In this document: piece after piece, positions 56,003 to 64,000 of the stretch
How positions within the stretch are numbered: the first letter of the stretch is position 1
Layout of the letters: each line of letters opens with the position of its first letter
Assembly (NCBI GenBank): GCA_038046385.1
Contig: JBBSWH010000011.1
Location: 71,815-135,814 of the forward strand
DNA: 64,000 nt
Origin: Nanobdellota archaeon
GTDB lineage: Archaea; Nanobdellota; Nanobdellia; Woesearchaeales; GW2011-AR4
Reading direction: 5' to 3'
Translations under genes and position numbers: made by a program
Notes under the pieces: model-generated
Databases searched by the model: none
The model's input: only the letters and a program-made list of their open reading frames with translations
Told to the model about the DNA's origin: nothing

Positions 56003-56524
56003 CTAATAGCGGCTAAACATTCTCGCTTCTTCTTGATGTTTAATTAAAAAATTTTCAATAGGGCTGAACACAGTATTTAGAACCTCGTCTGATAATATAA
56101 TCCCTCCTTGAATGACCACTGACCTTAAAGCCTCTTTATAGCCAGTTTGGGGTTTTCCGGAATTAATGAGATACTTTCTCCCTAAATTCCATCCAAAGCT
56201 GTCACGCCCATAGATGTCCTCCGTCGCAAACTCCCAAATTTTAACATCTTTATCACTTGTAGTTGGCTCTCTTTCAATTTTAAAAGGAAAAATTGAAATT
56301 GATTTTATTGGACCTCGATCTATTACTTGTTCTCTCGCATATCTTCCTATCCGAGCATGCCCTTTTATATTCATACTACTGTCAAACTCTAAACCATACA
56401 TTTGGCCCAAATAAACAAATGTTTGATCACCAACCTGCACAACATGCCTGTTCTTTAGATTGTTAACTACATTTATCCTTGATTCTAAACCCTCTAAACT
56501 TTCTAGTTTTTTTGGTTCATTCAT
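56003..56524 (-). CDS. Orphan hypothetical protein
   Basis: 173-aa ORF with GGTGA RBS. Confidence 0.7.
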   Translation of the reverse strand: MNEPKKLESLEGLESRINVVNNLKNRHVVQVGDQTFVYLGQMYGLEFDSSMNIKGHARIGRYAREQVIDRGPIKSISIFPFKIEREPTTSDKDVKIWEFATEDIYGRDSFGWNLGRKYLINSGKPQTGYKEALRSVVIQGGIILSDEVLNTVFSPIENFLIKHQEEARMFSRY

Positions 56525-56630
56525 TTTTTATCACCAACTAGTGATATTATCCCATTTTAATAAAACTATTTTCTAATTTTTCAGTCAAATTAGTAAAATA
56601 TATAAAGAAAAAGGCAAAATAACCTAAAAT

Positions 56631-57599
56631 ATGAAGAAATTGGACTTAGTTGACAAGAAGATTATCCTAGAGCTGGATACAAACGCACGTGCAACTTTCT
56701 CTGAAATCGGAAAACGGCTTGGCATTGGAAAAAACAATGTGCAGTACAGGGTCAAGAGATTGACAGAAGAAGGCATAATCAAAAAATTTGTAACGCAGTT
56801 TTCATTGGGCACTCTAGGGTTATTTTTGGGAAAGTTCTATTTGCAGTTATCCGGCTTTGGAAAAGAAAAAGAGGAAGAGATATACAATCACCTATCAAAA
56901 GACAAAAGAATAAGCTGGATTGCAAAATGCGAAGGGCGTTGGGACTTGATGATCGGCTGCTATGTCCAAAACATGCAGCAATTAAACAATATAAAACAGG
57001 ATTTCTTCAAAAAATATGAAAAATTCATAACTTCTTATGATGTTGTTTTCCTTGTCGAGGGTCACACTTCGCAAAGGACTTATTTGTTGAACAAAAAATC
57101 AATCCCCAAAAAAATAGAAAAGTTCATCGGAAAAGAAAAAATTGAATTAGACGCCAAAAACAAACAAATTGTTCGCTTGATAGCTAACGATGCACGATTC
57201 AACTATCTCGACATTGCGCAAAAAACCGGTCTTAACATAAAAACAATTCAAAAAAGAATAAAAGATTTGGAGAAAAAAGGTGTTATCCGGGGTTATGTGA
57301 CATTTCTCGACGCGGGGAAAATCGGATACAATTTTTTCAAGCTATGTATTTATTTGCAGAATTATGAAACCAAGCTAAACTCTTTTTTAAGATACTGCAT
57401 GGAGCTCCCAAACGTCGTGCACATCATAGAATCTTTAGGCCCGTGGGAAATAGAATTAGAGATAGAAACAGAAAGCTTGCAGGATTTCTACAATTTAGTG
57501 CATCAGATAAGGAACGAGCATTCTGACATCATAAAAAAAACAGAATCAGTCATAATCTCAAAAGAGATAAAGCTTGATTTCTTTCCTGAATGGTATTGA
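56631..57599 (+). CDS. Tandem-duplicated Lrp/AsnC family regulator
   Basis: Two HTH+RAM units (LD..DKKI..EL..NAR..EIGK; LD..NKQI..L...DAR..IAQK), G.WD/G.WE. Confidence 0.9.
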   Translation: MKKLDLVDKKIILELDTNARATFSEIGKRLGIGKNNVQYRVKRLTEEGIIKKFVTQFSLGTLGLFLGKFYLQLSGFGKEKEEEIYNHLSKDKRISWIAKCEGRWDLMIGCYVQNMQQLNNIKQDFFKKYEKFITSYDVVFLVEGHTSQRTYLLNKKSIPKKIEKFIGKEKIELDAKNKQIVRLIANDARFNYLDIAQKTGLNIKTIQKRIKDLEKKGVIRGYVTFLDAGKIGYNFFKLCIYLQNYETKLNSFLRYCMELPNVVHIIESLGPWEIELEIETESLQDFYNLVHQIRNEHSDIIKKTESVIISKEIKLDFFPEWY

Positions 57600-57639
57600 A
57601 ACAGAAAATTATATAAACCGCTTGCCCAATGAAAACTGT

Positions 57640-57852
57640 ATGGGGAGAAAAACAACATTGATTCCAAAGGCTTCTGTCGCAAGGATTCTGATGAAAGCAG
57701 GCGCAAAGAGGGTTTCACAGGACGCAGTTGACGCATTCACAGAGATTTTGATTGAAAAAGCGCTGAAGATTTCTTCAAAAGCAGCTGAAATATCAAAGCA
57801 TGCAGGCCGCAAGACAATTCACGAAGGCGACATTAAATTGGCTTCAAAGTAA
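57640..57852 (+). CDS. Archaeal histone
   Basis: IPKASVARIL..AGAKRVS.DA..A..HAGRKTI...DI.LA. Confidence 0.95.
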   Translation: MGRKTTLIPKASVARILMKAGAKRVSQDAVDAFTEILIEKALKISSKAAEISKHAGRKTIHEGDIKLASK

Positions 57853-57897
57853 GAAAGTATTTTAAACAGATATTTTTTCTTTAGTTTTAGGTTGGAC

Positions 57898-58021
57898 GGG
57901 CTGGTAGTTAAATCCGGTAATGGCTGCGTTTGCATCCTTTGGAGAACATAACGCACCCATGGCATGGGTGACATGATAAAACATGCCCATAAGGCTCCGG
58001 GTTCAAATCCCGGCCAGTCCA
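57898..58021 (+). tRNA. tRNA-Ala(GGC) with two non-canonical introns (D-loop about 57919-57945; 43/44 at 57971-57991)
   Basis: Acceptor GGGCTGG/CCAGTCC with G3.U70 and A73; anticodon arm CACCC-ATGGCAT-GGGTG; T arm CCGGG-TTCAAAT-CCCGG; BHB TGGG-TGA..CCCA-TAA. Confidence 0.88.
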
Positions 58022-58053
58022 TTTTTAATAACAATGGAGATTACCAAAATAAC

Positions 58054-58533
58054 ATGATAGGAATAATCTCAGACACGCACGAAAACGAGCAGGCAATGAA
58101 GAAAGCCGTTGAAGCATTCAAAGAAAGAAATGTCGAATTTGTTGTCCACTGCGGCGACATAATAAGCCCTCCGATGCTGGAATACTTTAAAGAGCTGAAG
58201 ATGAAATTTGTTCTTGGCAACAATGACGGTGAAGTTGCAGGATTAAACATAAAAGCGAAAGAATTCGGCTTTGAGCCTGTGACAGAAGAAAAAGAGTTTG
58301 AATACAAAGGCAAGCTTTTCTATGTTTATCACGGCACAATAAGGGGAAAATTGGAAACAGCCATAAAAAGCAATAAATACGATTACGTATTAACGGGTCA
58401 CACTCATCTGAAAAGAGACGAAAAAGCAGGAAAAACAAGAATTATAAACCCGGGCGCATTGTTCAGGATAACGCCGTATACAATAGCATTGCTTGATATT
58501 GAAAATGATAAGCTTGAGTATGTGATAATCTAA
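58054..58533 (+). CDS. YfcE/MJ0936-like metallophosphoesterase
   Basis: SDTH, HCGD, GNND, YHG, GHTH, NPG; ATG at 58054. Confidence 0.92.
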   Translation: MIGIISDTHENEQAMKKAVEAFKERNVEFVVHCGDIISPPMLEYFKELKMKFVLGNNDGEVAGLNIKAKEFGFEPVTEEKEFEYKGKLFYVYHGTIRGKLETAIKSNKYDYVLTGHTHLKRDEKAGKTRIINPGALFRITPYTIALLDIENDKLEYVII

Positions 58534-58943
58534 TGGAAGACTGCATTTTCTGCAAGATAGTGGAAGGAAAGATTCCTGCTTCAAAAGTCTATGAAGATGA
58601 GTTTGCAATAGGATTTTTGGATATAATGCCTGCGAATAAAGGCCATTGCCTTGTTATCCCTAAGAAGCATTCTGTTAGCTTTATGGAAATGGACGACAAA
58701 AGCCTTGAAACTATGATGAAAGCGGCTAAAAAGGTTGCAAAAGCAATTTCATTGGGGTTTGGCAACTCAAGCTGCAATCTTGTGATGAACAACGGCAAGG
58801 AAGCCGGGCAGGTTGTCAATCATGCGCATATTCACGTTATTCCCAGGTTCCAGAAAGACAGGCTTCGCATTAAATGGAGCCATATAAATTATGAAGAAAA
58901 CGAAATGAAGGAATACGCCGACAAGATAAAAAAGTTTATTTGA
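58533..58943 (+). CDS. hit: HIT family hydrolase
   Basis: DCIFCKI, GH.LVIPK.H, GQVVNHAHIHVIPR. Confidence 0.95.
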   Translation: MEDCIFCKIVEGKIPASKVYEDEFAIGFLDIMPANKGHCLVIPKKHSVSFMEMDDKSLETMMKAAKKVAKAISLGFGNSSCNLVMNNGKEAGQVVNHAHIHVIPRFQKDRLRIKWSHINYEENEMKEYADKIKKFI

Positions 58944-58964
58944 TTCAGGTTCTGTAGAAAATGT

Positions 58965-59078
58965 CAGTTTTGCCATCACTATGTGAGCATTTTCTATTTG
59001 ATTAGCTAACAAAAAGGAGGTTCCATGAGGAATTTTTGTATTATTGCAAAACATTTAATGCGAACGATGGCAAAACCG
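58965..59078 (+). ncRNA. Candidate structured ncRNA/DNA element, family A, copy 3
   Basis: CAGTTTTGCCATC/GATGGCAAAACCG, inner hairpin identical to copy 1. Confidence 0.7.
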
Positions 59079-59153
59079 AGCTGTAAGCGAGATTTTCAAC
59101 AAGCCTTCTGATTCAGTAACGTTTATAAAACGACATTTATTCTATATGTTTAC

Positions 59154-59285
59154 GCCGATGTAACTTAGCCTGGCAGAGTGACACTCTCATAAGACTTCGA
59201 AAGGCAGCGCAAATTGCGATTTGCTGGTCTTTCCTCGTTTCACTCGGAAAGGTGTCCGTCGGGAGTTCAAATCTCCTCATCGGCA
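59154..59285 (+). tRNA. tRNA-Met(CAT), probably elongator, with ~58-nt intron at 37/38 (59192-59249)
   Basis: Acceptor GCCGATG/CATCGGC-A, anticodon stem ACACT/GGTGT with CT-CAT-A, T arm GGGAG-TTCAAAT-CTCCT. Confidence 0.88.
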
Positions 59286-59295
59286 TTTTTTAATC

Positions 59296-59697
59296 ATGCA
59301 ATTCAACAATCTAATCCCGGAACTGAAAGTTTCTAACTTAAGCAAAAGCTTGAATTTTTACGTAAAAATTGGTTTTAAAGCAGAATATAAGCGACCAGAA
59401 TCAAAATTCGTTTTTCTTTCTTTCCAGGGAAGCCAGATTATGCTTGAGGAAGTTAATGATGACTGGAAAACAGGCAAATTAAGCTATCCATTTGGCAGAG
59501 GAATCAGTTTTCAAATGAAAGTCAAAAGCATTATTCCTATTATTAATTTATTAAAAAAATCAAAATATGGGCTGTTTATCGGGCCACATGAGAAATGGTA
59601 CAGGAAAAACGATAAAATGCTTGGTAACAGGCAATTTTTAGTCCAAGACCCGGATGGATACTTATTGAGATTTTTTGAGGATATAACTCATAAATAA
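59296..59697 (+). CDS. VOC/glyoxalase/bleomycin-resistance family protein
   Basis: LIPEL.V..L.KSL.FY, PFGRGI.FQ, RQFLVQDPDGYLLRF. Confidence 0.9.
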   Translation: MQFNNLIPELKVSNLSKSLNFYVKIGFKAEYKRPESKFVFLSFQGSQIMLEEVNDDWKTGKLSYPFGRGISFQMKVKSIIPIINLLKKSKYGLFIGPHEKWYRKNDKMLGNRQFLVQDPDGYLLRFFEDITHK

Positions 59698-59725
59698 ATA
59701 TAAAAATCTGCAAAAATTCTGCTTT

Positions 59726-62700
59726 TTATGGTGAAGCTACAGCAGTAATATTCCATGTGGCATTATACAATTGCGTGCTTAATCCATTGCTTGGAACGTT
59801 TACCCACAGGAATGCGCTTATGTTTCCTTTGTCTGCATTTGGAGCAAATGCGCCTGTGTGACCATGCCTAAAGGTTATATTCTTTCCAGTTTCAGTATCT
59901 CTTAAGTTGATTATTCCATTTGCAGGGAATGAAAGCCTCAAGCTGGAACTGCTGTTCGTCAGGTTGACTCCGAAGTTTGTTACAGCGATTGATTCTGAAG
60001 TTATGGTTGTTCCAGTCAATGCTGCTGCGCTCATGTTAACCTGTCCGAAATCGTCATTTCCTGTGTTGTTCATCAGCAAGTGCGGAGATGCCAATACGTT
60101 CTGCTGGCCTAAGTATATACTGCTGAAGTTAAGGGCAGCATTCTGTAAATTAATAGATGATAAAACATTATAAGTGAATGTTATTGTGTCATTTATTCCG
60201 ACATTTCCTGCTATGTCTTTGACGCTTACATTAACAATCCAGTTAGAGCTTGCATTGTCGTAATACTTCATTATAGCAGTGCAGTTGATTATCATTACAT
60301 TTCCTTGTGTATGATTGTTGCACGTTCCGAACTCGTTTCCTTGGTCGGAAATGTTGAATCTGAACTGGCCGTCTCTTCCGCCTAATGTTAAATTAACAAT
60401 TGTCTTGCTTGCGTTGATTGTGTTTACACCATCAGCATCTGTTACGTTGAATGAAATCAAAATTTTGGAATCTCCTCCACTAACCGGATCAACAGAGAAT
60501 GTTGCGTTGTTCAGCTTGATGACAGGTGCGGTGTTGGCTGCCGATGCTATTTCCATGCTCATATTCACAAACATGCTTCTGTTAACTTCTATACTTCTAC
60601 TTGCATTGTTGTATCCGGTTATGTTAACGCTTATGTTGTAAGGCGAGAAGCACGTTATATTATCTGTCTGAACAACATCTCCGTCTATCAATGTGCAAGA
60701 ATCATTCATTCCCCAGTTGATGGTTCCGTTTTGTGTGTATTCAACAACAGCCAGTGTTCCAATTCCACCGGTTGCATCAGTTATTCCCTCAAATATATTT
60801 GTTGCATTGGAATTATTAATGGAAATCTGAGCATTTTGAACTGCAGCATTGTTCGTTGCATTCGTCACATTAATTGTCAAGTACCACTGAACCGTTATGT
60901 TGTTCTTCTCTGCTGTACCATCTGTCTCTATTGGAACAAATGCAATCCTTGATTTATTCATGCTTACATTCAGGAAGAAGATGTCAGTTGCGTTAGACAA
61001 TATTATGTCTTTGTAGTTTGCAGCGCATCCAACAGAGCAAGGAACGATTGTGTCGTTGGTGAAAGTGTTGCCGTATAATCTTGAAATTCCATTGCCATCT
61101 GTGTCTGTGCCGTTAAGCAGTATCCCGGTGGCTAATGATGATATTCTATTCCTATAGAATGTGTTGTTAACTGAATTATCCTTTAAATAAACTCCGTAAG
61201 AACTAGAAGCATTGTTTGTTGTTATATTGTTATCGTAGATTGTGTTGTTGAAAACATTGTTAAGCAAATAAATTCCAGAACTGCTGACATTATTTGTTGT
61301 GATGTTATTGCTGTAAACACTGTTGTTAGAGCTAAAAAATAAATCCACACCAACCCCACCGCTTCCGCTTGTTGTTATCGTATTGCTGTAAACATTATTG
61401 TTGTTTGAGTTTTGGCTCAAATACACGCCCATCCCAAAGCTTCCGCTTGTCGTTATCGTATTGCCGTAAACTATGTTGTTGTTAGTGTTTGCACTCAAAC
61501 GCACACCATACCCACTGCTTCCACTCGTCGTTATCGTATTGCTGTAAACATTGTGGTAGTAAGAGCTTGATAACAAACTCACACCAAACCCACTGCTTCC
61601 GTTTGTCGTTATCGTGTTATTGTAAACACTGTTGTTAGAGCTTCCACTCAAATCCACACCGTACCCTGTGCTTCCGCTTGTTGTGATGTTGTTGCTGTAA
61701 ACCCTGTTGTTCGAGCCCGAGGACAAAATAGTACCAGCCCCGTTGCCTCCGCTTGTTGTTATCGTATTGCTGTAAACATTATTCTTGTCAGACAATGTAG
61801 TCAAATACACACCATACCCGCCGCTTCCGCTTGTAGTTATCGTGTTGCTGTAAACACTGTTATTGTTTGAGTCTGAGGACAAACGCACACCAACCCCATT
61901 GCTTCCGTTTGTCGTTATCGTGTTATTGTAAACTCTGTTGTCAGAGCTTCCACTCAAATACACACTCAACCCACCGCTTCCGCTCGTCGTTATCGTGTTG
62001 CTGTAAACACTGTTGTTCGAGTTTATCCATAAAAGTATACCATATCCGCTGCTTCCGCTTGTTGTTATCGTGTTATTGTAAACACTGTTATTAACGCTTG
62101 AATACAAATACGCACCAACCCCGCTGCCTCCGCTTGTCGTTATTATATTATTCCTTATGCTGTTGTTGTTTGCATTGGTGGGCAGGTAAACTCCATAACC
62201 CCTACTGCTGTTTGTAGTTATGCTATTGTTGTAAACTGTGTTGAAGTTAGCATTGTTAAATATGTAAATTCCGTAGGAATCATTCGCTCCTCCGCTTGTT
62301 GTTACGTTCTGCACAATATTGCAGCTTCTTATTATAGAATTATTGAAACCCGAATTATTTATTCCGTACCCTTCTGATACTTGCGAATAATTAATCGTGA
62401 ATCCATGGCAGTCAATTGTAACGTTGTTCGCCCTGACTCCAAAGCACGTGGCAGAAGAGTTTACGTTGCTTGTTAAAGTATAAACAGTATTCGCGCTTGT
62501 CAGGCTTGAGCACATTGTTATATTGCTTGACTGCATGTAACTCACATTAAAGAACAGCATATCTATGTTGTAAGTGTCTGAATTTGCACCTCCTGAATCA
62601 TCAGAAGCCTGGGCGACTGCCTGCGCCCTTGAACCAGATGAGCCAAAGAAATTATTGCACTGCCAGTCTTCGCTGGATGTGACATCAATACAGGTTGTTC

Positions 62701-64000
62701 CTGTCGGGTCTGATGTCGAACAGGCAGCGCTGCTCGCTGTTGCAAATGAGCTGTCGCCGTCATTGTCTACAGAATACCTGCAGGTATATCCTGCATCTCC
62801 TGAATCAATCCAAGTTTTATGACAGAGTTCAACTTTTTTTATTAAAACGCAATCTGTTATAGAAGAGTTGTAAACTGTTATGTTCATTCCTCCATATGTT
62901 GCCCTTCCTGCACCTTTTGTTTCATAATTGGTGTCGTCGCAGCTTACCCTGTCTAATCCTGCTCCGCCGCATGCTCTCGGATAAGTGCCGTTGCATGCAG
63001 TATTGAATGCAAACTGCGTTCCTGAATCAATTTGTGCCTTGCATTCCTGCGCCCTTAGCTGCACATTTCCTCCGAGTTCTGAAGGCTTTGCCTGTAATTC
63101 ATCATTCGCAATCTGCCACTGCCTTGCTTCTGCAAATGTCCCAATATCCAATGGGCCAAGCACATAGAATTCTGGCGAAATGTCAGGAGCATCATACTGA
63201 TAAGACAATTTAATTTTATCATTCTTCTTCAGCTTGACATTCCACGATAAAATTGATGTGTCATTGATTGTTGCAATTGTCATTCCGTTTTGCGGAACAA
63301 CTGCAAATGAACTTGGAACATATTCATTAACAACTCCGTTATAGTTCTTGTTTGCTATTACAGAAATATCCATCGTGTACAGTGCTTTTGGATAAACTCT
63401 CGTTGCAGAATCTCTAGCAACATCAAAGTCAACAGAGTTTGTGACATTGAAGCTGTCGGCAACGGTTCTTGCGCCGTTAGATGTTATCGCGGTCAAATTA
63501 ATTGAATAAACTCCAATACCCTTAACAGAATAATCAGTGTAATAATCCGGCAATGAAGTAACTCCAAGGAATTCGCATTCCGGGCTTACCTTTATACTGC
63601 CGTCAGATGTTGTCAAAGTCGTTGTATAATTCAATGGATCAACTATCTTCAATGTAACCTCTGCATCACATATTATCTTTCCGGCATCGTCAAGAACGCC
63701 GATACTTACAAATGCATCATCATTCGAAAGATAGATTGACTTGTTTAAATTCAATGCAAGAACGCCCCATGTGAAGTCCTGCTGCTGCGTATAAGTTACG
63801 CCGTCTTTTATCAAATTTAATTTTAAAGTGTACTTTCCAGCCTTGAAAGATCTTGATGGCGTAAGCTTGATGCTGAACTTTCCTTCTCTCAATTCTTCTA
63901 TCTCGACGCCAATATCCTTCAAATCACCGGAAGAATCAGTCACGCTTGCTTCAATAGTTTCAGAAGCAGCATTCCATTTTTTCTTCTGCTTTTCTTTTTT
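59726..64000 (-). CDS. Very large surface glycoprotein with parallel beta-helix (NosD/PbH1-like) repeats, 5' end outside the window
   Basis: Frame is open to the window end; many NxT/S sequons; repeated NNSVYSNTITTSGSxGxGVxL. Confidence 0.88.
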   Translation of the reverse strand, partial: KKEKQKKKWNAASETIEASVTDSSGDLKDIGVEIEELREGKFSIKLTPSRSFKAGKYTLKLNLIKDGVTYTQQQDFTWGVLALNLNKSIYLSNDDAFVSIGVLDDAGKIICDAEVTLKIVDPLNYTTTLTTSDGSIKVSPECEFLGVTSLPDYYTDYSVKGIGVYSINLTAITSNGARTVADSFNVTNSVDFDVARDSATRVYPKALYTMDISVIANKNYNGVVNEYVPSSFAVVPQNGMTIATINDTSILSWNVKLKKNDKIKLSYQYDAPDISPEFYVLGPLDIGTFAEARQWQIANDELQAKPSELGGNVQLRAQECKAQIDSGTQFAFNTACNGTYPRACGGAGLDRVSCDDTNYETKGAGRATYGGMNITVYNSSITDCVLIKKVELCHKTWIDSGDAGYTCRYSVDNDGDSSFATASSAACSTSDPTGTTCIDVTSSEDWQCNNFFGSSGSRAQAVAQASDDSGGANSDTYNIDMLFFNVSYMQSSNITMCSSLTSANTVYTLTSNVNSSATCFGVRANNVTIDCHGFTINYSQVSEGYGINNSGFNNSIIRSCNIVQNVTTSGGANDSYGIYIFNNANFNTVYNNSITTNSSRGYGVYLPTNANNNSIRNNIITTSGGSGVGAYLYSSVNNSVYNNTITTSGSSGYGILLWINSNNSVYSNTITTSGSGGLSVYLSGSSDNRVYNNTITTNGSNGVGVRLSSDSNNNSVYSNTITTSGSGGYGVYLTTLSDKNNVYSNTITTSGGNGAGTILSSGSNNRVYSNNITTSGSTGYGVDLSGSSNNSVYNNTITTNGSSGFGVSLLSSSYYHNVYSNTITTSGSSGYGVRLSANTNNNIVYGNTITTSGSFGMGVYLSQNSNNNNVYSNTITTSGSGGVGVDLFFSSNNSVYSNNITTNNVSSSGIYLLNNVFNNTIYDNNITTNNASSSYGVYLKDNSVNNTFYRNRISSLATGILLNGTDTDGNGISRLYGNTFTNDTIVPCSVGCAANYKDIILSNATDIFFLNVSMNKSRIAFVPIETDGTAEKNNITVQWYLTINVTNATNNAAVQNAQISINNSNATNIFEGITDATGGIGTLAVVEYTQNGTINWGMNDSCTLIDGDVVQTDNITCFSPYNISVNITGYNNASRSIEVNRSMFVNMSMEIASAANTAPVIKLNNATFSVDPVSGGDSKILISFNVTDADGVNTINASKTIVNLTLGGRDGQFRFNISDQGNEFGTCNNHTQGNVMIINCTAIMKYYDNASSNWIVNVSVKDIAGNVGINDTITFTYNVLSSINLQNAALNFSSIYLGQQNVLASPHLLMNNTGNDDFGQVNMSAAALTGTTITSESIAVTNFGVNLTNSSSSLRLSFPANGIINLRDTETGKNITFRHGHTGAFAPNADKGNISAFLWVNVPSNGLSTQLYNATWNITAVASP
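61160..62245 (-). repeat. Intragenic tandem repeat, about 14 units of 75-78 bp encoding beta-helix coils
   Basis: Recurrent GCTTCCGCTTGT(T/C)GTTATCGT(G/A)TTGCTGTAAACAC on the plus strand. Confidence 0.9.

Noticed and set aside
57964-58053. N-terminal extensions of the phosphoesterase (and of the VOC gene at 59221-59295)
   Set aside because: They overlap tRNA genes; downstream ATGs at 58054 and 59296 match the family starts
61160-62245. CRISPR array or DGR template/variable repeat
   Set aside because: Repeats are in-frame coding units, differences are not obviously adenine-restricted, and no cas or reverse transcriptase gene is in the window
365-63213. Numerous short antisense/overlapping ORFs in the track (e.g. 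7364-7927, 21237-21674, 28492-29166)
   Set aside because: Shadows of well-supported genes on the opposite strand, with Ser/Phe/Leu-rich composition typical of antisense frames

Overview
AT-rich archaeal chromosomal DNA, most consistent with a DPANN (Woesearchaeota/Pacearchaeota-like) organism. The assignment is inferred from TATA-type promoters, BHB-type tRNA introns, an archaeal histone, RFC-L, archaeal-type GluRS/GlyRS and KKAQ/RRAQ class III signal peptides. Housekeeping genes (nth, ogg, glyS, rfcL, valS, cysS, gltX, cmk, histones, three intron-containing tRNAs) are interspersed with Lys-poor orphan genes. Four things stand out. (1) A B12-dependent ribonucleotide reductase locus has a canonical NrdJ preceded by tandem NrdR-like boxes, a cobalamin adenosyltransferase, and a second NrdJ paralog with a rewired substrate site and a C-terminal PIP-box-like tail. 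(2) A ~19 kb tandemly duplicated surface/secretion-like module follows the order small regulator, large prepilin-like protein, giant Ig/Cys-rich protein(s), membrane protein, once split and once fused. (3) Two families of dispersed intergenic structured elements show compensatory base changes (family A, 4 co-oriented copies; family B, 3 copies), and there are additional triloop hairpin clusters. (4) tRNA-Ala has two non-canonical introns and the tRNA-Cys intron contains a K-turn. All calls come from reading the sequence; no searches were run.
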